DNA of 64,000 bases from Amphiscolops sp. MND2022 (taxonomy: Eukaryota): positions 58,468,001-58,532,000 of the forward strand of contig OZ076412.1 of NCBI GenBank assembly GCA_964187785.1, read 5' to 3'. Numbering within the stretch: position 1 is the first letter of the stretch; every line of letters starts with the position of its first letter. A program made the position numbers and the translations under genes. Shown here piece by piece: positions 1 to 11,866 of this stretch. The notes under the pieces are model-generated. The model was not told the origin of the DNA. It saw only the letters and a program-made list of their open reading frames with translations, and searched no databases.

Positions 1-1507
1 AAAATTGCAAATTGCATTTTCTTACCCATTGTTGAACAACAACGGCTTCTAAAAACCTGTCAGATTCTTTCAAGTTTCTTGCAAATTGACTTCACATTTA
101 GAACGTCACCTACTGAATTCTTTCAAGTCTCGCGAGAACGAAACACTAATTGTTGACCTCAGAAAACAGTATGAGATGAGAAACATTGAAAAGCTTAAAT
201 TGCTTCTAAAGTTTCTTTCGAACAGTTAGGGTTTCTCCAAAAAACCCTCAGGTGGAAAAATCAAGTGTCAGTTTTTTAGAACGCTTTGTGAATCATTTTG
301 ATCACACGTCTTTATACTGTAACGTACATCTAGGTGCTGGTGTTTCTTCACCACTGATTTATCTCTCAAGCTACAATGAGTTGAACAAATTTCTAGAGCT
401 GTATAATGACTTCACTCAAAACCGTCAACGTGCTCTTAGAAAGAAACTTTCCTTTTTTCTTTGAAAACCTTCAGAAGAATAAAAAATTGTTGAAACGCCA
501 GCATTGCATGAAGCAAAACGTTGTTATTTGATGCTAACTTCATTTACTTTTGTGTGAACGATTGTTGCAAGTCTGCACAATATCAGACAAAATACACAGC
601 TTTTTTTAAGAACGCATCTTGCTTTTAAGGTACAAAAGGGTACCAGAAAATTGATTACAGTCAATTTCGCCGACGAGAAACTTCCAAGCGCAATCAATTT
701 TTGTTTATTCATTTACACAACGTCTCAGGAGCAAAATGTTGTCAAGCTTCGATCAGAACTTTAGCGATAATTTTTGATTTTATTTTAGTTTGAAGATGCA
801 AAAGTTACATAAAAGAACAGATAAATTTTTGGCAACTTTTGAAATTTTTTCAACAAAATCTCAAAAAAGGTTGTTTTATCGAAAAGATTCAGATTCAAAT
901 TTTGTAGCTTAGACAAGATTCGCGTAATTCATAGTTCAAGAAGCCATATGAAAACACGGTTAAGGCGAGGTACTCGAAATACTGCTGGAAAACCAAACTT
1001 CATAAAACCGAAAAAAAATCAAGTTGATAAAAAAGTCAAAAGCCAAAACTTTGTCCCAAGTGAAAGATGTCCCAATAGTTTTTCCAATCAAGTGTCACAA
1101 TATGAAAAATACAAACCGAGAACGGCTTTCAAAATGATTCGCCACACTGGCCCCGGACTTTGCGCAAAAAACTTGCACGTCTCGTGTCTCTGATTGCATT
1201 TCAGCGTGTGTCAGTCGCTTTGACCCGATCTTGATACCAGTGGGATGAAGTGGCCACATACGAGATTACCAGGAATTTTGTCGTCGGAAATTTCGTCGTC
1301 AGATAATTCGTCGTCGGTAATTAGGTTATATAAAACATCGCATTTTATCTGATCTATTAGGAATCGTCTATTATTATTGTGTCAACTTATCCTAATATTT
1401 ATCGTTTGATTACATAATGAGAGCTCCATTTTGAAAGATTAACAAAAATTAAATAATATCAACGCCTTGTTTACATATATTACGATTCTGCAAAACAAAA
1501 ATTATCT

Positions 1508-1924
1508 GTGTTCCGTTTCTTCTCAACTAGTGTCAAGGAAGTGATGAACATTAATAAAATTCATACTGTTTATGAACTTTATTTGTATGAAATTACAAAA
1601 TTCATGCTGAAATGCCTGAAAAATGAACATTGCATTGAGATTCTTAATTCGATGATAACCCAAAAAACTACGTCTTGTTATGAACTACGGGTGGCAGAAA
1701 GAGCACATGTTTCAATAGCCTGTAACAAGCATTGTAAGAATTCTTTATCACACAGAGTGCCGAAGTTTTTTAATAAACTGAATTCTTGGGGAGTCCTTCC
1801 GAATAAAACTTCACTCGAATCAATGACTAATGGTATGATTGATACTTACTGTCATAATTTCATGGACTCTTACACTCTAGGAAACCAGGAACTAGTTGAT
1901 TTTCTCTTTGACTTGAACAAATGA
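1508..1924 (+). mobile_element. 3' fragment of a CR1/L2-like non-LTR retrotransposon ORF2 (post-RT C-terminal region)
   Basis: ORF reads ...VYELYLYEITKFMLK...YELR...KNSLSHRVPKFFNKLNSWGVLP, the typical low-conservation C-terminus of CR1/L2 ORF2. No catalytic motif is included. Confidence 0.5.
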
Positions 1925-4047
1925 GTGTCACTGCGGGCTGGAAAAGGGAAAATACTTTTAATTGATCACATCTTGAATTTATTGAGTATTGAAGTCCGGA
2001 ATATTTTTTTATTTTAAATAAAAACGTAGTCGTTTATGACTTAAAACCATTGTAATGTGTCTGTATGGTTGTTGGTGGTGAATCTACTCATCAAAAATTC
2101 CCGAGAGTTTAAAACGGTTGCATCCATTTTGTAAAGAAATGGTGCTCAACCGTCTCTACTTTTCGCATGCACTTCTCCCTGCCTGTGCTCAGTTGGACGG
2201 TCCATGTCCGATGTAACCCTTCCTGAGGGTTACTTGGGTACATTCCGCGGTAAGTAGAGTGGAGAAGCGTATGTGAAGAAGTAAGGGAATTACAATTGAA
2301 GCCAATTGTAGAAAATTCCGGGAAGGATCGAAACTTCCGATTTTTTTGCGTTTTCACTTCCGTTTTTGGCCGATTTCACAACCAATTCAATTCTTCAAAG
2401 AGAGCCTTGTACACTACGTCAAAGTTAAACGTGTAAACTGAAGGCTGTACAGAAATGTCCTCACCAGTTTCAAGAAATGTCTCCTGTTGAGGCCTTTTAA
2501 AGAAATTTTTTTAACTCAGAACTTTATCTTAGCGACATCCTATAACTTTACATCAGTCTCCAGCTAAAAAAGTTTCTTTTCCGAAGCCTGTAGCAACATA
2601 TAAAAATAAGTGACATGTTAGAAGTTTAGTACAAAAGCAGAAGCGGTATAGTATTGTTATTATCATGAAAATATCCTTAAGGATGTTTGACTCATTTACT
2701 ACTCGTGACTTTCCACCAACTCAAGTTATTTAAGTTTATACAATTTATTATTTTTGATGCCTCGAGGCTTCCTGTTGAGCGGGCAGTAGCCCTTTGGAAG
2801 TCTCTTCCTGATTTCACAATTAAGTTATTGTTTATAAGTATATAAATTGAATATATTTATTGTATTGAAATCAGGATAAATAAATTATTTTTATTATTAT
2901 TTCTCATTAACCTTGCATAGTGTGAACTGTCAGCAGTTTTTTTCTTCAACAGAATTTTTTCACGTTTTTCATGTTCTACAAACACACACCAGTAACAATA
3001 GTTCGGGACTGAAATTATCCCGTTGCTCAAGAATCGTCTTGGTGCGTTGATTGAATGCAATTAACTCTTTGACTCAATTTTGGTGTCAAATTAAAACTTG
3101 TTTTTAAGATCTCATTTTAAAAATTGAATATTTGAATAACTAAAATGGTATCTTTTCAAGATCGCTGTTAAGTCTAATCAAATGCCGTTCGAACTCTTAG
3201 CTGAAGCTTGATCGAAAAAACTTCTATATGCGTTTTCATTGGTGGCAAACTGTGTTACTAGAGTGTGACATACTAGAGATTATGGACACATAGCAAACAG
3301 TTGCTGTGTTATTGAGAAAAAGCTAGAGTTCTGAAAAATATTTTTTGCAAATTTTTACTTTTTTCCAGCTACTTTTTGCCGATGGTTCGAAAAACAAACT
3401 ATGTTGACACAAATAACAACTCGCCCCAAATAGTCCAATAGCTTGTTGATAAGAAAGACAAACTTTCGTTTTCCTATATGCTTTCTGCGTTTCTGAAAAA
3501 AATAGTTGTCCTCATTTGAGGACGAAATCACTAACGAGGATATACCCTAATCTAATTTCAATTGGTTTGCCGCGTTCAGATTTTTGCCACGAAAGTTGCA
3601 CTTCATCCATTGTTGTCGAATCAGTCATTAGTTATTGCGAATGAATTTAGAAAATGAATTAATAACTTTTTGACTTTAATTTGTATAGATTGCATAATTG
3701 AGGCATTGGTATAATCAAGTGTGAACATAAATATCCAAAGCTGGAATAGAGTTCATTGAATGAAGCATACAAAGTAAATTTTCACGTGTGAACCTAATTA
3801 AATATGAGGTGCGAGAGTTTGAACCTAGTTAAAAATGAGATGCGAAAAGGTGTTGAAATTTCGGTAAGTGGCAAAGTACCAACAAATTTAAGTGGCTCTC
3901 CATGCTCGCAAAAAAAACGCTTTGTTGCTGCTAAAAATCGTACTCACATACTCCTGTTCTCAGACCTTGTCTCAGACTTTCTCAGAAATTTTAGTTAATC
4001 TCTAGGCCAAGTGAAAGCTAGAAGTTACTCAAGTATTATCAGCTGCT

Positions 4048-4317
4048 GGTAAAGTTGAGATCTGGATCTGCCACTTGTGAAACGTTTTCTGTGTCTTGTT
4101 TTTCTGTATGACCTGTTTTTATTCGACGCTTTTAACGGCTTTAACCAACAAGAACAGCGTACTGACGTTTCAATAAGCTCTGCAGAGCTTATTGAAACGT
4201 CAGTACGCTGTTCTTGTTGGTTAAAGCCGTTAAAAGCGTCGAATAAAAACAGGTCATACAGAAAAACAAGACACAGAAAACGTTTCACAAGTGGCAGATC
4301 CAGATCTCAACTTTACC
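4048..4317. repeat. Perfect 270-bp palindrome (135-bp arms, no spacer), centre between 4182 and 4183
   Basis: GGTAAAGTTGAGATCTGG...GCTCTG|CAGAGC...CCAGATCTCAACTTTACC. The mirror ORFs 4025..4288(-) and 4077..4340(+) encode the same peptide. Confidence 0.97.
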
Positions 4318-4548
4318 GTTTGGCAGACCGTTTAGTCTAAGGAAATCACTTACCAAAATGATTGAGCCATTTTTTGATTCGAGAAAGAATGTTTTTAACG
4401 ATTCAAAGTTCTCCGAAGTTTTGAGGACTCAACATAAAATGAATTTGTTTCAATGAAAGACTGGACTTGCAACATCTATCTTTCATTGGCGTTTCAAAAA
4501 GTGAACATTCGAACAGCAGCAAAAAATGGTCCAATAGTTGATTACTGG

Positions 4549-4697
4549 TGGTGATTCATCACTACTACAACTAAGCTACTAAGGCCTTGTGAACAAAGTC
4601 TGAAAGATCATTGTTTCTCAATCAATAAAGCCTAAACAGTAAGTCAGAATTTGCCGGCAAATACTTAATAGTTTCAAGAAGTCAAAAGCCCTCTCTA
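4549..4697 (+). repeat. 5' LTR of BEL element 1
   Basis: TGGTGATTCATC...AAGCCCTCTCTA, identical to 10403-10551; contains AATAAA. Confidence 0.95.
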
Positions 4698-4958
4698 TAT
4701 TATGGTGCCGCAAAAAGCTACAGAATCTACCCAGCAGCAGATCTTCAAACGAGTCTTCACAGTATAAAAGCTAAGTTTTTTTTTCTTTTCATTGCACTTT
4801 TTTGCTCTCCCTTTCGAAAAGTCACAAGTTATTCTACAGAGTTTATTTCCCTTTACAGTTGTTAAAATCTCCTTAAAGTCAGATACTAAAGCCAGATACT
4901 AAAGTCAAGAAGTTCATATTTTACCATTTGTCGAAGTTAGTTATATTTCTTTTCAAAA

Positions 4959-7900
4959 ATGGGTGATGTTAACACCCGGTCTAGAAGTGCATATCGTGGC
5001 TTGTGCACACGATATTTCAATGAGGCCCGAAACATCATGGATTCAGCTAGTATTACAACGGCTCAAAGTAACCGCCTCAGTCAGATTATAGCGCTAATGG
5101 AAAAACGTTTGAGCGAAATTCAAGCATTGGATTCCCAAATACATGCCTCTTTACAAATCGATGAGATTGAAGCAGCAATAACATCTTCTGCTGACTTGAA
5201 TGATCAAATTTTCATCAATATCGACACAATAAAACGTTTCCTTCATAATTTCAACCAAACCGCCGAATCTACTGGCGTTAGCACTTCTGCCTCCTCACAT
5301 ACAATGAACAGTAATGCAAACAGGAACAATACAAGATTACCAAAATTGAATCTTCCTACTTTCAGTGGCAATTACAAAAACTGGACGTCTTTTTTTGATC
5401 TTTTTACCAGCTCCGTTGATTCAAATTCTACTTTAACCAATTCACAAAAACTGCAATATTTGAAAGCTTCATTAACAGCTGACGCCGCCAAACTTTTGTC
5501 CTCTTTTACTGTAACGGATAATAATTATGAAACTGCACTCGATGTTTTGAAAAAACGTTACAACAACCCACGTATGATTGCTCGAGCTCATGTCCAAAGT
5601 ATTTTTGATTTGCCAAAAATGCGAAACGACAACGGCAACGACTTGCGGAAACTGATTGAAGGAATAGAAGAACATCGTTTAAGTTTGCAAACATTGGGTC
5701 TGCCGGTGGAACATTACGATCTCTTTCTTATCTTTCTCGTGACAGAACGGTTAGATTTAGAAACTCGACGGCAATGGGAAATTGCTTCACCTGGGACAAG
5801 CTTGCAAACATACGAAGCACTAAAAACATTCATCGAGACAAGATGCAATGCCCTCGAAGCATCAACGCCCAGTCCGAAACAGTTTTACAGTGAACACAAA
5901 AATCAATCGCAACAGAACAGTCAACAACATAATCAAAGTTATGCAGGAACACAGTCCATCGAAACTTGCCTTTGTTGTGGACAAGAACATAGACTTTACA
6001 CTTGTCCTAAGTACAATGGACTGACTATTGACGAAAAGACAGACTTTATAAAAGAAAAAAGATTATGCTTCAACTGCCTTCGGTACGGACATCGTCTTCA
6101 GGACTGCTCAAGTGCTAGTAAATGCAAGGAATGTAATCGTTCTCATCACACAACTCTTCATCGACAAAAGAAAGATTTCAAAGCTAATTCAGCTACAGTA
6201 GAAGCTCAGGAGACAGACGAAACAATTGTTACCTCTCACAGTGCCACAAGTTCCAAACAAGTAATTTTACCAACAGCAGTAGTTCAAGTGCAGGGTAAAC
6301 ACGGTATTGTTTCCTTGCGGGCTCTTTTAGATTCTGGCTCTCAGACATCTTTCATCACCGACGATGCTTCTCAGAAATTACAGTTACCAAAACAACGTAA
6401 CTCAATTACAGTTTCCGCTTTGGGTGGTAAAACAAGTACTTGTTCTGGTACTATAGACATTCAAATACATAATTCTTCTGTTAACCCGTTGCGTGTTACA
6501 GCTTTTGTTCTTCCCAAATTAACACAAAACATTCCAATGCAAAATATTGACATCAGTTTGTTCGACAATCATTGCAATTTTGTTTATGCCGATCCACAAT
6601 TCCAGACACCGGGTCGCATCGATTTAATTCTGGGGGCCGATGTTTTCGAAGAAGTTTTTCTTGAGAGAAAAGTCGAACTTTCGAAAGGTTTAGCGTTACG
6701 CGAAACAATTTTTGGTTGGGTTGTGATTGGACAAACTCAATGTAAATCAAGTTATCAAGTTCAAGCCTTTCATTGTTTGGATACTTCTTTGCAGAAGTTT
6801 TGGGAACTTGAAAACGTGCCGCAGGTTTCGAAACACACTGATGAAGAATTGGCATGCGAGCAACACTTCCTTGATACAACCACTCGCGACAAAGGTGGAC
6901 GATTTTTCGTTAAATTGCCTTTCAAAGAAAATGAATCAAACTTAGGTGATTCTCTACAAAACGCCAAGAGACGGTTTCTCAGTTTAGAAAAAAGACTTTC
7001 TAAACTACCAGAAATAAAACAACAATACACTGACTTCATCAACGAGTTTTTAGCACTCGGTCACATGGAAGTTGTCCCGGAAAATGAAATTGACATCAAA
7101 CCTTCTAAATCCTTCTACTTACCACATCATTTTGTTACTAAGGCTGACAGTACTACAACAAAGCTTCGAGTCGTGTTTGATGCTTCAGCAAAAACAACTC
7201 TAAACAATTCTTTGAATAGTAACCTGATGATCGGACCGAAACTTCAGAGTGATTTATTTGACATTCTTCTTCGACTTCGATTTCACAAGTTTGTGCTAAG
7301 TGCCGACATAGCAAAAATGTATCGCCAAGTTGCCTTGCATAAACCTGACCGTGATTTTCATCGGGTTTTATGGCGTGAGAAAGACACAGATCCCATTCAG
7401 CACTTGCGAATGACACGTGTTACATACGGCGTTACTTCTAGTTTTCATTCTATTCGGTCATTACTTGAGTTAGCCAAAACTGCGCCCGAAAAAGTTCGTC
7501 GGATTATTGAAAATGACATGTATGTAGATGACTTACTCACCGGTTGTTCCAATATTGAAGAGGCAAAGGACTTACAAGACCAACTCATAGAAACTTTACA
7601 GACAGGTGGCTTCCCTTTACGGAAGTGGACATCCAACAGTCCTGAATTGATCAAAAGATTACCCGAAACACTCCGAGAAACCAAAGATGATATAACTTTT
7701 CAAGATGAGGAATATAAAATTAAGGCTCTCGGAATTGTGTGGAGGCCTAATCCCGATTCTTTTGTTTTTACTGTTAAGCTTGCAGACAAACCCCCGATAA
7801 CGAAAAGAGGTGTGCTTTCTGAAATTACTAGTTTATTTGATCCTCTCGGTTGTTTCTCACCAGTACTTGTTAAATTTAAATGCTTCATTCAAGATTTATG

Positions 7901-10094
7901 GAAACTCAAATTAGGTTGGGACCAATCATTGCCCCCGCTTATCTTACAGGAATGGTTGTTGCTACGACAAAGTTTAAGTGCTATCAAGAATTTTTCAATT
8001 GCTCGTTGTCTTTTACCAGAGCGACAAACTTCAGTACAGCACGTTGAACTTCACATGTTCTCTGATGCCTCAGAGAAAGCTTACGGGGCTGCCATTTATG
8101 CTGTTTGCCGTTGCGATGACACAAAGAGTTGTCATCTGATAGCCTCAAAGACAAGAGTTGCACCCGTTAAATCACTTTCTGTGCCCCGACTAGAACTTTG
8201 TGCAGCAGTTCTCGGTGTGAATCTTCTTGAAACAGTTCACAGAGTTTTAGTTATTCTCTTTAATGACAGATTATCTCTCAACGGTTGGACAGATTCAACT
8301 ATTGTCTTATCATGGTTATCGAAGCCAGCTAGCTCGTGGCAAACCTTCATTCGTTACCGCATCTCAAAAATTCAATCCTTTTTGCCATTTGAAAAATGGA
8401 ATCATGTTGTCGGTGAAGAAAACCCAGCTGATATTTGCTCTCGTGGAGTCCCTGCAGACAAAATTGCAGACATGTCATTGTGGTGGCACGGACCATCTTG
8501 GTTATCCGAAAAGTCGTCATGGCCACATTCTCCAATTACTCCAGCTGGTATTTTCTCAAATCAAACAGACGAGGCTATTATTTCGACTTGTCAAACCAGC
8601 CACCTTCAATCAAATTTTGCTTTTCTCGATTTTGACAGATTCACTAGCTTTAGAAAAATGGTTAGAGTTTTTTGTTACATTTTACGCTTTTTAAATTTGA
8701 TCAAAACAAAACAACGCGGTCACTACATTCCAAATGTTCCAGACATTCATTCCGCCTCCATCAAACTTTTACAACTCATTCAATCGAATGACTTGAAAGA
8801 TGAAATTGCCCTGTTACAGAGTCAAGATATTTTACCTAATAGTAATTCTTACAAAAATCTTGCTCCATTTCTAGACCCTGCCACTAAATTAGTTCGAGTT
8901 GGTGGTCGTTTGACCCAAGGTGACTTTTCAGAACTGAAGAAACATCCTGTTTTGATTTCGAAGGATTCGATAATTGCCAAAATGTTAATTGCAGATGCTC
9001 ATTTCGATACTTTACATGGTGGAGTTGATTTAGTTCTGAACACAATTAGGCAAAAGTATTGGATAGTAGCTGCCAAGCCCTTGATCAAATCTTACATAAA
9101 AAATTGTGTGACCTGTAGTCGATTCACTTGTACCGAGCCATTTCGACTTATGGGTGATCTTCCCGTAGAAAGGATTTCAACAGTTCGTGCTTTCAATGAC
9201 ATTGGAATGGATTTTACTGGACCTTTTTTAGTAAGGTTTTCTCCCACTGTGAAGGACCCTGTGAAAGTTTACGTTTGTCTTTTTGTTTGTATGTCTACGA
9301 AAGCATGTCATTTAGAGGTTGTTACATCTCTACATGAAGAAGCGTGTCTAGCAGCAATTGCACGTTTTTGCGCCCGGCGAGGCCGACCAACAAAAATCTT
9401 CTCTGATAATGCAACTAATTTTCTCGCCTCCAGAACAGACTTAGACAACACTTTTGAAATTGATGCTTTCAATCGACACATGAAGCAGAACTTATCAGCA
9501 AAAGCAATCGAATGGTTAGTTATACCAGTACATGCACCACATTTTGGAGGTCTTTGGGAGACATCAATCAAGTCCATGAAACATCATCTTCGAAAAGTCA
9601 TGAAGAAGCATATCCTACTAATTGAGCATTTCACAACCTTAATCACACAAATCGAATGCATGCTGAATTCGAGACCATTGACAGCCCTTTCCACTGACCC
9701 TAATGATTTGAGCGCTCTAACTCCAGGACATTTTTTAATTGGCTCGCCAATCAACCTAATTCCTGACCTGAATTCCAAAAAGACAATTCGTTTGGGCAAC
9801 CTCAGAGATTTTCAGCAAATGCAGACTATAAGAAACCAGTTTTGGAAAGAATGGCATCGAAATTACATTACCTCTCTGCAAGTTAGAAAAAAATGGTTGA
9901 ACGATAGTAACAGCTTCAACATAGGAGACCTTGTACTAGTAGCGGAGGATAATTGTCGAGTTCTTGATTGGCCTCTCGCTCGAATTACCAAACTTTTCAA
10001 AGGAAACGATACCCGCACACGTGTAGTGGAAGTTGAAACTGCAAAATGGGTCAGCAACAGACCCATTGTTAAACTGAGGAAATTACCCCTTTAA
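4959..10094 (+). CDS. BEL/Pao gag-pol polyprotein, 1711 aa, uninterrupted
   Basis: Gag LPKLNLPTFSG (DUF1759-like), three Cys/His knuckles (CLCCGQEHRLYTC, CFNCLRYGHRLQDC, CKECNRSHH), protease LLDSGSQ, RT YLPHH / ADIAKMYRQ / YVDD, RNase H FSDAS...WTDS, integrase HHCC plus DFTG / SDNATNF / GGLWE, and a DUF5641-like C-terminus. Confidence 0.97.
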   Translation: MGDVNTRSRSAYRGLCTRYFNEARNIMDSASITTAQSNRLSQIIALMEKRLSEIQALDSQIHASLQIDEIEAAITSSADLNDQIFINIDTIKRFLHNFNQTAESTGVSTSASSHTMNSNANRNNTRLPKLNLPTFSGNYKNWTSFFDLFTSSVDSNSTLTNSQKLQYLKASLTADAAKLLSSFTVTDNNYETALDVLKKRYNNPRMIARAHVQSIFDLPKMRNDNGNDLRKLIEGIEEHRLSLQTLGLPVEHYDLFLIFLVTERLDLETRRQWEIASPGTSLQTYEALKTFIETRCNALEASTPSPKQFYSEHKNQSQQNSQQHNQSYAGTQSIETCLCCGQEHRLYTCPKYNGLTIDEKTDFIKEKRLCFNCLRYGHRLQDCSSASKCKECNRSHHTTLHRQKKDFKANSATVEAQETDETIVTSHSATSSKQVILPTAVVQVQGKHGIVSLRALLDSGSQTSFITDDASQKLQLPKQRNSITVSALGGKTSTCSGTIDIQIHNSSVNPLRVTAFVLPKLTQNIPMQNIDISLFDNHCNFVYADPQFQTPGRIDLILGADVFEEVFLERKVELSKGLALRETIFGWVVIGQTQCKSSYQVQAFHCLDTSLQKFWELENVPQVSKHTDEELACEQHFLDTTTRDKGGRFFVKLPFKENESNLGDSLQNAKRRFLSLEKRLSKLPEIKQQYTDFINEFLALGHMEVVPENEIDIKPSKSFYLPHHFVTKADSTTTKLRVVFDASAKTTLNNSLNSNLMIGPKLQSDLFDILLRLRFHKFVLSADIAKMYRQVALHKPDRDFHRVLWREKDTDPIQHLRMTRVTYGVTSSFHSIRSLLELAKTAPEKVRRIIENDMYVDDLLTGCSNIEEAKDLQDQLIETLQTGGFPLRKWTSNSPELIKRLPETLRETKDDITFQDEEYKIKALGIVWRPNPDSFVFTVKLADKPPITKRGVLSEITSLFDPLGCFSPVLVKFKCFIQDLWKLKLGWDQSLPPLILQEWLLLRQSLSAIKNFSIARCLLPERQTSVQHVELHMFSDASEKAYGAAIYAVCRCDDTKSCHLIASKTRVAPVKSLSVPRLELCAAVLGVNLLETVHRVLVILFNDRLSLNGWTDSTIVLSWLSKPASSWQTFIRYRISKIQSFLPFEKWNHVVGEENPADICSRGVPADKIADMSLWWHGPSWLSEKSSWPHSPITPAGIFSNQTDEAIISTCQTSHLQSNFAFLDFDRFTSFRKMVRVFCYILRFLNLIKTKQRGHYIPNVPDIHSASIKLLQLIQSNDLKDEIALLQSQDILPNSNSYKNLAPFLDPATKLVRVGGRLTQGDFSELKKHPVLISKDSIIAKMLIADAHFDTLHGGVDLVLNTIRQKYWIVAAKPLIKSYIKNCVTCSRFTCTEPFRLMGDLPVERISTVRAFNDIGMDFTGPFLVRFSPTVKDPVKVYVCLFVCMSTKACHLEVVTSLHEEACLAAIARFCARRGRPTKIFSDNATNFLASRTDLDNTFEIDAFNRHMKQNLSAKAIEWLVIPVHAPHFGGLWETSIKSMKHHLRKVMKKHILLIEHFTTLITQIECMLNSRPLTALSTDPNDLSALTPGHFLIGSPINLIPDLNSKKTIRLGNLRDFQQMQTIRNQFWKEWHRNYITSLQVRKKWLNDSNSFNIGDLVLVAEDNCRVLDWPLARITKLFKGNDTRTRVVEVETAKWVSNRPIVKLRKLPL

Positions 10095-10402
10095 AAGGTT
10101 GCTTACTGGCAATTCAATTCATTTTATTCGGAAGCTTGTAATCATAATCACTTGTCAGTCATTCTTTTAGTTACATTATCGCCTTCCTAGATTGTTTATT
10201 TGTTCTGAGCATCTTAGCATTAAAGCCGATGTCTTCCTGGTGCTCACACATTCATTCATTCATCTCATACCATTATTGGAGTTTCTTTATAATCATCAGC
10301 TGTTTTTTCAGCAGTTCTTAATTGACTTTGTTTCAGTAACTACGCCAATTGCTTCCCCCCTCTTGCCATTTTGAACCTGTTAGTTCAAGGCGTGGGAGAA
10401 TA

Positions 10403-10551
10403 TGGTGATTCATCACTACTACAACTAAGCTACTAAGGCCTTGTGAACAAAGTCTGAAAGATCATTGTTTCTCAATCAATAAAGCCTAAACAGTAAGTCA
10501 GAATTTGCCGGCAAATACTTAATAGTTTCAAGAAGTCAAAAGCCCTCTCTA
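10403..10551 (+). repeat. 3' LTR of BEL element 1
   Basis: Identical to 4549-4697, preceded by the PPT and followed by TSD ACTGG. Confidence 0.95.
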
Positions 10552-10619
10552 ACTGGAACCGTATCACATCAGAACTTTGACGCAACTTGCCTACGAAAGA
10601 GCTAATTCTTTCATGCCCC

Positions 10620-11010
10620 AAGTTTTCCATCAAGATACGAACCTCAAACACGATCGATCATTTTCTGAGTGATTTTTGCTGGGAAAATTCCTTGAAAAAT
10701 TGATCGGAAAATCACCGGATTTGCTACTCGTTATTGCACGGAAAGTTTCCAGTGTGAAATGGACAACAATAAGTATGTCACAGCAGCTTTCCTAGATCTT
10801 TCCAAAGCATTTGTTTCCATTCAACACGATATCCTAGAGGCGCAACTTAGATTGGTTTTGATATATCATCTATAGGGTTGATTATGGATTTTAATTCGGA
10901 AAGCATCCAAAAGGTTCAAATAAAAAATAGCGAATTAGAATGGATTAAACTTTATCAGGGAGTTACTCAGGAAATAGTCCTTGGACCACTGCTATTCAAC
11001 CCGTATTCAT
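10620..11010 (+). mobile_element. Degraded CR1/L2-like LINE ORF2 fragment (end of AP endonuclease and RT core)
   Basis: Manual translation across frameshifts gives RTSNTIDHFL (endonuclease end), MDNNKYVTAAFLDLSKAFVSIQHDIL (RT domain 3) and QGVTQEIVLGPLLFN (RT domain 4). Confidence 0.8.
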
Positions 11011-11395
11011 ATGTCAATCAATCATCTCAGAAAAAAACAAAATGAAGGAAAAACTTAATTTTCAATATTGTTCTTTACAAATTCAACGGATATTAAATTT
11101 ATCGAAGATAATCTTCAATTCCGATTCAAAAAACAATGACATGAAAACCTGAGTTTACAGAGCAATGGATATCAAAGCGTATGTCAGTTGTGATCTGAGC
11201 AATTAAGTAGGAGACGGACTATCGAGCACTGTTAGAGAGCTAACCAACAACCCCCCTATGTTTAGGTTTAGGAGTGATCAAATTCTAAAAGATTCTTGTT
11301 GGGAGTTGATGTGTCTGAGTTTGAGATACACGTCACAGCCGATGCCATACATGTTTTCCACATTGAGGGAGCCCCCCAGATATTCTGCATAAGCC

Positions 11396-11839
11396 TTGCA
11401 AGTGGGCAGACCGAAACCGTACCTGAAACAACAAACGAGTCAATATAATGTTACCCGAGAACAGCGGTACGCGTTGATGAAATGCGATCCCATTGTTGTT
11501 GCACTTGAAATAGTTGACTTAGCCTACACCCTCTCGCTACGATCAGACAGTGTTTTTGTTGTAGGCATTCCCCCACGTGGTTATAGTTGTTTACAATCGA
11601 AAGTATCTTCATTGAATCGATATTTATCGCACTTTTTAGCAACTACAAGTATTACTTTTGTGGGTATTTCTCATTACCTTTATGATTTGAGTTACATTTC
11701 TGACGATTTGTGTCATTTTCTCCCCAGAGCGTTTGCGAAAATCCATAAACTCTTGAACAGAAAAGTTTTAAAAGAAAAGTTTCACCCATCGAAAGCAAAG
11801 AAAGGCAAGATTATTAAATCTTGCAGCTATCCCTTTTAA
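11396..11839 (+). pseudogene. SGNH/GDSL-esterase-like ORF (C-terminal half) directly upstream of BEL element 2 gag-pol
   Basis: VFVVGIPPRG...VSSLNRYL...FVGISH...ISDDLCHF matches the SGNH C-terminal pattern (PR, N, DxxH). The catalytic GDS and GxND blocks are not recognisable, and there is an in-frame TAA just upstream. Confidence 0.6.
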
Positions 11840-11866
11840 AGTTAGTTTCTTATTCGCCTACGCCTG

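Larger units (their letters stand above)
4549..10551 (+). mobile_element. Full-length BEL/Pao LTR retrotransposon (element 1), recently inserted
   Basis: Identical 149-bp LTRs 4549-4697 and 10403-10551. 5-bp TSD ACTGG (4544-4548 / 10552-10556). PBS-like TGGTGCCG at 4703-4710, polypurine tract AAGGCGTGGGAGAATA before the 3' LTR, and a single gag-pol ORF. Confidence 0.96.

Noticed and set aside
252..712. Short ORFs at the window start
   Set aside because: No recognisable domain or splice-consistent structure; possibly old TE debris.
4025..4340. Pair of identical 87-aa ORFs on opposite strands
   Set aside because: A by-product of the palindrome; GTG starts and no recognisable domain.
10094..10402. 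env gene in BEL element 1 (ORF 10192..10374)
   Set aside because: Only ~300 bp and 60 aa with a TTG start; too short, no fusion-protein features.
11230..11390. 5' LTR of BEL element 2 (starts TGTTAG)
   Set aside because: No similarity to the sequence after the PPT at 17147, and no PBS follows.
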